Origin: a virus
Lineage: Duplodnaviria > Heunggongvirae > Uroviricota > Caudoviricetes
Virus record (IMG/VR): IMGVR_UViG_2645727991_000006
Length of the DNA stretch: 5,177 nt
Direction: 5' to 3' (one strand)
The translations under genes and the position numbers were made by a program. Of the stretch, positions 1-5,177 are shown piece after piece (the stretch's first letter is position 1; each line of letters starts with the position of its first letter). The notes under the pieces were generated by a model. The model ran no database searches. It was not told the origin of the DNA and saw only the letters and a program-made list of their open reading frames with translations.

Positions 1-240
1 CAGCGAGCGCCTGCCGGGCTGAATGCCAACCTGAAAACGTACAGCGTGACGCTTTCTGTCCCCCGTGAGGAGGCCACGGTACTGGAGTCGTTTCTGGAAG
101 AGCACGGGGGCTGGAAATCCTTTCTGTGGACGCCGCCTTATGAGTGGCGGCAGATAAAGGTGACCTGCGCAAAATGGTCGTCGCGGGTCAGTATGCTGCG
201 TGTTGAGTTCAGCGCAGAGTTTGAACAGGTGGTGAACTGA
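1..240 (+). CDS. M: Tail tip protein M (gpM), C-terminal part only; the 5' end lies upstream of the window
   Basis: Frame 1 is open from base 1 (QRAPAGLNANLKTYSVTLSVPREEATVLESFLEEHGGWKSFLWTPPYEWRQIKVTCAKWSSRVSMLRVEFSAEFEQVVN) and ends at TGA 238-240. This matches my recollection of the C-terminus of the 109-aa lambda gpM. The track ORF 46..240 is the same frame begun at an internal GTG. The stop overlaps the L start (ATGA). Confidence 0.88.
   Translation, partial: QRAPAGLNANLKTYSVTLSVPREEATVLESFLEEHGGWKSFLWTPPYEWRQIKVTCAKWSSRVSMLRVEFSAEFEQVVN
227..232 (+). promoter_or_regulatory. Shine-Dalgarno (AGGTGG) for L
   Basis: AGGTGG sits 7 nt upstream of ATG 240, inside the 3' end of M. Confidence 0.6.
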
Positions 241-938
241 TGCAGGATATCCGGCAGGAAACACTGAATGAATGCACCCGTGCGGAGCAGTCGGCCAGCG
301 TGGTGCTCTGGGAAATCGACCTGACAGAGGTCGGTGGAGAACGTTATTTTTTCTGTAATGAGCAGAACGAAAAAGGTGAGCCGGTCACCTGGCAGGGGCG
401 ACAGTATCAGCCGTATCCCATTCAGGGGAGCGGTTTTGAACTGAATGGCAAAGGCACCAGTACGCGCCCCACGCTGACGGTTTCTAACCTGTACGGTATG
501 GTCACCGGGATGGCGGAAGATCTGCAGAGTCTGGTCGGCGGAACGGTGGTCCGGCGTAAGGTTTACGCCCGTTTTCTGGATGCGGTGAACTTCGTCAACG
601 GAAACAGTGACGCCGATCCGGAGCAGGAGGTGATCAGCCGCTGGCGCATCGAGCAGTGCAGCGAACTGAGCGCGGTGAGTGCCTCCTTTGTACTGTCCAC
701 GCCGACGGAAACGGATGGCGCTGTTTTTCCGGGACGTATCATGCTGGCCAACACCTGCACCTGGACCTATCGCGGTGACGAGTGCGGTTATAGCGGTCCG
801 GCTGTCGCGGATGAATATGACCAGCCGACGTCCGATATAACGAAGGATAAATGCAGCAAATGCCTGAGCGGCTGTAAGTTCCGCAATAACGTCGGCAACT
901 TTGGCGGTTTCCTTTCCATTAACAAACTTTCGCAGTAA
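240..938 (+). CDS. L: Tail tip protein L (gpL), 232 aa
   Basis: Track ORF 240..938, ATG 240-242 to TAA 936-938. AGGTGG Shine-Dalgarno at 227-232, 7 nt before the ATG. Length and sequence (MQDIRQETLNECTRAEQSAS...FGGFLSINKLSQ) match lambda gpL as I recall it. Cys-rich C-terminal region. Confidence 0.93.
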   Translation: MQDIRQETLNECTRAEQSASVVLWEIDLTEVGGERYFFCNEQNEKGEPVTWQGRQYQPYPIQGSGFELNGKGTSTRPTLTVSNLYGMVTGMAEDLQSLVGGTVVRRKVYARFLDAVNFVNGNSDADPEQEVISRWRIEQCSELSAVSASFVLSTPTETDGAVFPGRIMLANTCTWTYRGDECGYSGPAVADEYDQPTSDITKDKCSKCLSGCKFRNNVGNFGGFLSINKLSQ

Positions 939-942
939 TCCC

Positions 943-1686
943 ATGACAGAGACAGAATCAGCGATTCTGGCGCACGCCCGGCGATGTGCGCCAGCGGAGT
1001 CGTGCGGCTTCGTGGTGAGAACGCCGGAGGGGGAAAGCTATTTTCCCTGCGTGAATATTTCCGGTGAGCCGGAGGATTATTTCCGGATGGCTCCGGAGGA
1101 CTGGCTGCAGGCAGAAATGCAGGGTGAGATTGTGGCGCTGGTCCACAGCCACCCCAGTGGTCTGCCCTGGCTGAGTGAGGCTGACCGGCGGCTGCAGGTG
1201 CAGAGTGATTTGCCGTGGTGGCTGGTCTGCCGGGGGGCGATTCACAAGTTCCGCTGTGTGCCGCATCTTACCGGGCGGCGCTTTGAGCACGGGGTGACGG
1301 ACTGTTACACGCTGTTCCGGGACGCTTACCATCTGGCGGGGATTGAGATGCCGGATTTTCATCGTGAGGATGACTGGTGGCGTCACGGTCAGAATCTCTA
1401 TCTGGATAATCTGGAGGCCACAGGGCTGTATCAGGTGCCGTTGTCAGCGGCGCAGCCGGGCGATGTGCTGCTGTGCTGTTTTGGTTCATCGGTGCCGAAT
1501 CATGCCGCCATTTACTGTGGTGACGGCGAGCTGTTGCACCATATTCCTGAACAACTGAGCAAACGAGAGAGGTATACCGACAAATGGCAGCGACGCACAC
1601 ACTCCCTCTGGCGTCACCGGGCATGGCACGCATCTGCCTTTACGGGGATTTACAACGATTTGGCCGCCGCATCGACCTTCGTGTGA
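943..1686 (+). CDS. K: Tail assembly protein K (gpK), JAMM/MPN+ plus NlpC/P60-like domains; drawn from the first in-frame ATG (248 aa); canonical annotation starts at ATG 1087 (199 aa)
   Basis: Frame 1 is open from 901 (TTG) to TGA 1684-1686. First ATG at 943, 4 nt after the L stop; second ATG at 1087, preceded by GGAGGA at 1071-1076 (10 nt spacing). HSHPSGLPWLSEAD (1144-1185) fits the JAMM pattern HxHx7Sx2D; the candidate upstream Glu (AESCGFVV, GAG 997-999) lies before the canonical start. NlpC/P60-like Cys in GVTDCYTLF (TGT 1303-1305), with downstream His residues (NHAAIY, LLHH). The 3' end matches the canonical 199-aa K exactly. Confidence 0.85.
   Translation: MTETESAILAHARRCAPAESCGFVVRTPEGESYFPCVNISGEPEDYFRMAPEDWLQAEMQGEIVALVHSHPSGLPWLSEADRRLQVQSDLPWWLVCRGAIHKFRCVPHLTGRRFEHGVTDCYTLFRDAYHLAGIEMPDFHREDDWWRHGQNLYLDNLEATGLYQVPLSAAQPGDVLLCCFGSSVPNHAAIYCGDGELLHHIPEQLSKRERYTDKWQRRTHSLWRHRAWHASAFTGIYNDLAAASTFV
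1071..1076 (+). promoter_or_regulatory. Shine-Dalgarno-like GGAGGA upstream of the internal (canonical) K start ATG 1087
   Basis: GGAGGA sits 10 nt upstream of ATG 1087. It lies inside the open K frame, so it may drive an internal or alternative initiation, or be coincidental. Confidence 0.4.
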
Positions 1687-2324
1687 AAACGGGGGCTGAA
1701 GCCATCCGCGCACTGGCCACACAGCTCCCGGCGTTTCGTCAGAAACTGAGCGACGGCTGGTATCAGGTACGGATTGCCGGGCGGGACGTCAGCACGTCCG
1801 GGTTAACGGCGCAGTTACATGAGACTCTGCCTGATGGCGCTGTGATTCATATTGTTCCCAGAGTCGCCGGGGCCAAGTCAGGTGGCGTATTCCAGATTGT
1901 CCTGGGAGCAGCCGCCATTGCCGGATCATTCTTTACTGCCGGAGCCACCCTTGCAGCGTGGGGGGCAGCCATTGGGGCCGGTGGTATGACCGGCATCCTG
2001 TTTTCTCTCGGTGCCAGTATGGTGCTCGGTGGTGTGGCCCAGATGCTGGCACCGAAAGCCAGAACTCCCCGTACACAGACAACGGATAACGGCAAACAAA
2101 ACACCTATTTCTCCTCACTGGATAACATGGTTGCCCAGGGCAATGTTCTGCCCGTTCTGTACGGTGAAATGCGCGTGGGATCACGTGTGGTTTCTCAGGA
2201 GATCAGCACGGCAGACGAAGGGGACGGTGGTCAGGTTGTGGTGATTTGGTCGCTGATGCAAAATGTTTTATGTGAAACCGCCTGCGGGCGGTTTTGTCAT
2301 TTATGGAGCGTGAGGAATGGGTAA
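1584..2324 (+). CDS. I: Tail tip assembly protein I (gpI); reads as 246 aa here, 23 codons longer than the canonical 223 aa (see findings)
   Basis: Track ORF 1584..2324. ATG at 1584 is exactly 497 nt after ATG 1087, as in lambda. The first 221 residues match my recollection of lambda gpI ([74 protein letters not shown]...GGQVVVI). Overlaps the K 3' end by 103 nt in a different frame. The 3' end diverges after the T-run at 2245-2247. Confidence 0.85.
   Translation: MAATHTLPLASPGMARICLYGDLQRFGRRIDLRVKTGAEAIRALATQLPAFRQKLSDGWYQVRIAGRDVSTSGLTAQLHETLPDGAVIHIVPRVAGAKSGGVFQIVLGAAAIAGSFFTAGATLAAWGAAIGAGGMTGILFSLGASMVLGGVAQMLAPKARTPRTQTTDNGKQNTYFSSLDNMVAQGNVLPVLYGEMRVGSRVVSQEISTADEGDGGQVVVIWSLMQNVLCETACGRFCHLWSVRNG
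2275..2300 (+). other. GC-rich hairpin (8-bp stem AAACCGCC/GGCGGTTT, 4-nt loop TGCG) followed by a U-rich tract (TTTTGTCATTT); terminator-like or mRNA-structure element at the I-J junction
   Basis: Read directly: 2275-2282 AAACCGCC, loop 2283-2286 TGCG, 2287-2294 GGCGGTTT (perfect complement), then TGTCATTT. It lies about 20 nt before the J ribosome-binding site. In canonical lambda this would be intergenic (I-J); here it falls inside the extended I reading frame. Confidence 0.35.
2305..2308 (+). promoter_or_regulatory. Shine-Dalgarno (GGAG) for J
   Basis: GGAG sits 8 nt upstream of ATG 2317. Confidence 0.55.
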
Positions 2325-5177
2325 AGGAAGCAGTAAGGGGCATACCCCGCGCGAAGCGAAGGACAACCTGAAGTCCACGCAGTTGCTGAGTGTGATCGAT
2401 GCCATCAGCGAAGGGCCGGTTGAAGGTCCGGTGGATGGATTAAAAAGCGTGCTGCTGAACAGTACGCCGGTGCTGGACAGTGAGGGGAATACCAACATCT
2501 CCGGCGTCACGGTGGTGTTCCGGGCAGGTGAGCAGGAGCAGACACCGCCGGAGGGGTTTGAATCCTCCGGCTCCGAGACGGTGCTGGGTACGGAAGTGAA
2601 ATATGACACGCCGATAACCCGGACCATCACGTCGGCAAACATTGACCGTCTGCGCCTGACCTTCGGTGTGCAGGCACTGGTGGAAACCACCTCAAAGGGG
2701 GACCGGAATCCGTCGGAAGTCCGCCTGCTGGTTCAGATCCAGCGTAATGGTGGCTGGGTGACGGAAAAAGACATCACCATTAAGGGCAAAACCACCTCGC
2801 AGTATCTGGCCTCGGTGGTGGTGGGTAACCTGCCGCCGCGCCCGTTCAATATACGGATGCGCAGGATGACGCCGGACAGCACCACAGACCAGCTGCAGAA
2901 CAAAACGCTCTGGTCGTCATACACCGAAATCATCGATGTGAAACAGGGCTACCCGAACACGGCACTGGTCGGCGTACAGGTGGATTCGGAGCAGTTCGGC
3001 AGCCAGCAGGTGAGCCGTAATTATCATCTGCGCGGACGCATTCTGCAGGTGCCGTCGAATTACGACCCGGAAAAACGCACATACAGCGGTATCTGGGACG
3101 GAACGCTTAAACCGGCATACAGCAACAACATGGCCTGGTGTCTGTGGGATATGCTGACCCATCCGCGTTATGGCATGGGGAAACGTCTTGGTGCAGCGGA
3201 TGTGGATAAATGGGCGCTGTATGTCATCGGCCAGTACTGCGACCAGTCGGTGCCGGACGGCTCTGGTGGCACGGAGCCGCGCATCACCTGTAACGCTTAC
3301 CTGACCACACAGCGCAAGGCGTGGGATGTGCTCAGTGATTTCTGCTCGGCGATGCGCTGTATGCCGGTATGGAACGGGCAGACGCTGACGTTCGTGCAGG
3401 ACCGACAGTCAGATAAGGTGTGGACCTATAACCGCAGTAATGTGGTGATGCCGGATGATGGCGCGCCGTTCCGCTACAGCTTCAGCGCCCTGAAGGACCG
3501 CCATAATGCCGTTGAGGTGAACTGGACTGACCCGAACAACGGCTGGGAGACGGCGACAGAGCTTGTGGAAGATACGCAGGCCATTGCCCGTTACGGTCGT
3601 AACGTCACGAAGATGGATGCCTTTGGCTGTACCAGCCGGGGGCAGGCACACCGCGCCGGGCTGTGGCTGATTAAAACAGAACTGCTGGAAACGCAGACCG
3701 TGGACTTCAGCGTGGGCGCAGAAGGGCTTCGCCATGTGCCGGGCGATGTTATTGAAATCTGCGATGATGACTATGCCGGTATCAGCATCGGTGGTCGCGT
3801 GCTGGCGGTGAACAGCCAGACCCGGACGCTGACGCTCGACCGTGAAATCACGCTGCCATCCTCCGGTACCACGCTGATAAGCCTGGTTGACGGAAGTGGC
3901 AATCCGGTCAGCGTGGAGGTCCAGTCCGTCACCGACGGCGTGAAGGTGAAAGTGAGCCGTGTTCCTGACGGCGTTGCCGAATACAGCGTGTGGGGGCTGA
4001 AGCTACCGACGCTGCGCCAGCGCCTGTTCCGCTGCGTGAGTATCCGTGAGAATGACGACGGCACGTATGCCATCACCGCTGTGCAGCATGTGCCGGAGAA
4101 AGAGGCCATCGTGGATAACGGGGCGCACTTTGACGGCGACCAGAGCGGCACGGTGAATGGTGTCACGCCGCCAGCAGTGCAGCACCTGACTGCCGAAGTC
4201 ACCGCAGACAGCGGGGAATATCAGGTGCTGGCGCGCTGGGACACGCCGAAGGTGGTGAAGGGGGTGAGCTTTATGCTTCGCCTGACCGTGGCAGCGGACG
4301 ACGGCAGTGAGCGGCTGGTCAGCACGGCCCGGACGACAGAAACCACATACCGCTTCACGCAGCTGGCGCCGGGGAACTACAGGCTGACAGTCCGGGCGGT
4401 AAATGCGTGGGGGCAGCAGGGCGATCCGGCGTCGGTATCGTTCCGGATTGCCGCACCGGCAGCGCCGTCACAGATTGAGCTGACACCGGGCTATTTTCAG
4501 ATAACAGCGGTCCCGCGTCTTGCGGTGTATGACCCGACGGTACAGTTTGAGTTCTGGTTCTCGGAAACGCGGATTACCGATATCAGGCAGGTTGAAACCA
4601 CAGCCCGCTACCTTGGCACGGGGCTGTACTGGATAGCCGCCAGTATCAATATCAAACCGGGCCATGATTATTACTTTTATATCCGCAGTGTGAACACCGT
4701 TGGCAAATCGGCATTTGTGGAGGCTGTTGGCCAGCCGAGTGATGATGCATCCGGCTATCTGGATTTTTTCAAAGGAGAGATAGGGAAAACCCATCTGGCT
4801 CAGGAGTTGTGGACTCAGATTGATAACGGTCAGCTTGCGCCTGACCTGGCGGAAATCAGAACGTCCATCACGGATGTCAGTAATGAAATCACGCAGACCG
4901 TCAATAAGAAACTGGAAGACCAGAGTGCAGCGATCCAGCAGATACAGAAGGTTCAGGTTGATACAAATAATAATCTGAACAGCATGTGGGCTGTGAAGCT
5001 GCAACAGATGAAGGACGGACGCCTTTATATTGCGGGTATCGGTGCCGGTATTGAGAATACGCCAGCAGGAATGCAGAGTCAGGTGCTGCTGGCGGCAGAC
5101 AGGATTGCGATGATTAATCCTGCGAATGGCAACACAAAGCCGATGTTTGTTGGTCAGGGCGATCAGATATTCATGAA
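2317..5177 (+). CDS. J: Tail tip/central fibre protein J (gpJ, host specificity protein), N-terminal ~953 codons; the 3' end and receptor-binding C-terminus lie beyond the window
   Basis: ATG 2317-2319 preceded by GGAG at 2305-2308 (8 nt spacing). Frame 1 translation [41 protein letters not shown]... Spot-checks at 2341, 3781 and 5101 stay in frame (…[26 protein letters not shown] at the window end). No + strand ORF appears in the track after 2324 because this frame has no stop before the window ends. Matches lambda gpJ (1132 aa) as I recall it. Confidence 0.94.
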   Translation, partial: MGKGSSKGHTPREAKDNLKSTQLLSVIDAISEGPVEGPVDGLKSVLLNSTPVLDSEGNTNISGVTVVFRAGEQEQTPPEGFESSGSETVLGTEVKYDTPITRTITSANIDRLRLTFGVQALVETTSKGDRNPSEVRLLVQIQRNGGWVTEKDITIKGKTTSQYLASVVVGNLPPRPFNIRMRRMTPDSTTDQLQNKTLWSSYTEIIDVKQGYPNTALVGVQVDSEQFGSQQVSRNYHLRGRILQVPSNYDPEKRTYSGIWDGTLKPAYSNNMAWCLWDMLTHPRYGMGKRLGAADVDKWALYVIGQYCDQSVPDGSGGTEPRITCNAYLTTQRKAWDVLSDFCSAMRCMPVWNGQTLTFVQDRQSDKVWTYNRSNVVMPDDGAPFRYSFSALKDRHNAVEVNWTDPNNGWETATELVEDTQAIARYGRNVTKMDAFGCTSRGQAHRAGLWLIKTELLETQTVDFSVGAEGLRHVPGDVIEICDDDYAGISIGGRVLAVNSQTRTLTLDREITLPSSGTTLISLVDGSGNPVSVEVQSVTDGVKVKVSRVPDGVAEYSVWGLKLPTLRQRLFRCVSIRENDDGTYAITAVQHVPEKEAIVDNGAHFDGDQSGTVNGVTPPAVQHLTAEVTADSGEYQVLARWDTPKVVKGVSFMLRLTVAADDGSERLVSTARTTETTYRFTQLAPGNYRLTVRAVNAWGQQGDPASVSFRIAAPAAPSQIELTPGYFQITAVPRLAVYDPTVQFEFWFSETRITDIRQVETTARYLGTGLYWIAASINIKPGHDYYFYIRSVNTVGKSAFVEAVGQPSDDASGYLDFFKGEIGKTHLAQELWTQIDNGQLAPDLAEIRTSITDVSNEITQTVNKKLEDQSAAIQQIQKVQVDTNNNLNSMWAVKLQQMKDGRLYIAGIGAGIENTPAGMQSQVLLAADRIAMINPANGNTKPMFVGQGDQIFM

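Noticed and set aside
901-942. Track start of the K ORF at 901 (TTG), overlapping the last 38 nt of L
   Set aside because: TTG is a weak start with no Shine-Dalgarno and would overlap L. The first ATG (943), just after the L stop, or the canonical ATG (1087), are far more plausible initiation sites.
138-944. 268-aa reverse-strand ORF antisense to L
   Set aside because: It lies entirely opposite L, whose frame is established by homology and coupling to M and K. Long antisense ORFs are expected by chance in GC-rich coding DNA, and its translation is Arg/Ala/Gly-biased low-complexity sequence.
1343-1558. 71-aa + strand ORF (Cys/Arg-rich) in an alternative frame inside K
   Set aside because: It is embedded out of frame within K, with low-complexity Cys/Arg-rich translation and no ribosome-binding site; an overlap artefact.
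958-1722. Reverse-strand ORFs 958..1386, 1268..1633 and 1486..1722 antisense to K and I
   Set aside because: Same reasoning: they are antisense to well-supported genes, with Pro/Arg/Ala-rich translations typical of spurious GC-rich frames.
2011-2244. 77-aa + strand ORF in an alternative frame inside I
   Set aside because: It is embedded out of frame within I, with no ribosome-binding site and no recognisable features.
2312-2316. GAGGA immediately abutting the J ATG as its Shine-Dalgarno
   Set aside because: Spacing of 0-1 nt is too short for a functional SD; the GGAG at 2305-2308 (8 nt spacing) is the better candidate.
1847-4202. Reverse-strand ORFs antisense to I and J (1847..2104, 1933..2184, 2301..2690, 2733..2933, 2917..3162, 3409..3735, 3771..4202, 4003..4185)
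   Set aside because: All lie within the continuous J or I reading frames on the opposite strand, and there are no start-site signals or recognisable protein features.
4468-5004. 178-aa reverse-strand ORF in the AT-richer distal part of J
   Set aside because: A long antisense ORF is less expected in lower-GC sequence, so I looked twice. The + strand frame here translates into sequence that continues lambda gpJ without interruption through the window end, so the antisense ORF is most likely fortuitous.
1-5177. Possibility that the window hides a novel accessory, defence or other undescribed system
   Set aside because: Every base is accounted for by five contiguous or overlapping + strand genes that I recognise as the lambda M-L-K-I-J tail-tip block. 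There is no intergenic space beyond a few tens of nucleotides and no unexplained ORF of plausible coding character.

Overview
The whole window is the tail-tip assembly block of Escherichia phage lambda, or a near-identical lambdoid prophage, all on the + strand: the 3' end of M, then L, K and I, then the first ~953 codons of J, which runs off the 3' edge. I recognise these from the translated proteins and from gene lengths and spacing that match the canonical lambda map as I recall it (L 232 aa, K 199 aa from the ATG at 1087, I start 497 nt after that). Coding density is essentially 100% on one strand, so there is no room for an additional undescribed system; I see no tRNA, CRISPR, IS element or cargo gene. 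The points worth a second look are internal to known genes: (1) gene I reads 23 codons longer than the canonical 223, consistent with a one-base insertion in a T-run at 2245-2247; (2) the K reading frame is open and plausibly translated from ATG 943, 48 codons upstream of the canonical start, and only that longer form contains the glutamate of a JAMM/MPN+ metalloprotease motif; (3) K (JAMM + NlpC/P60-like) and I (N-terminal domain ending in Gly-Gly, then a Gly/Ala-rich hydrophobic segment) look like a ubiquitin-like/deubiquitinase-like pair; (4) a terminator-like hairpin sits at the I-J junction; (5) L carries a C-terminal cysteine cluster; (6) the distal part of J shifts to lower GC. All identifications rest on reading the sequence and on memory of lambda; no searches or computations were run.
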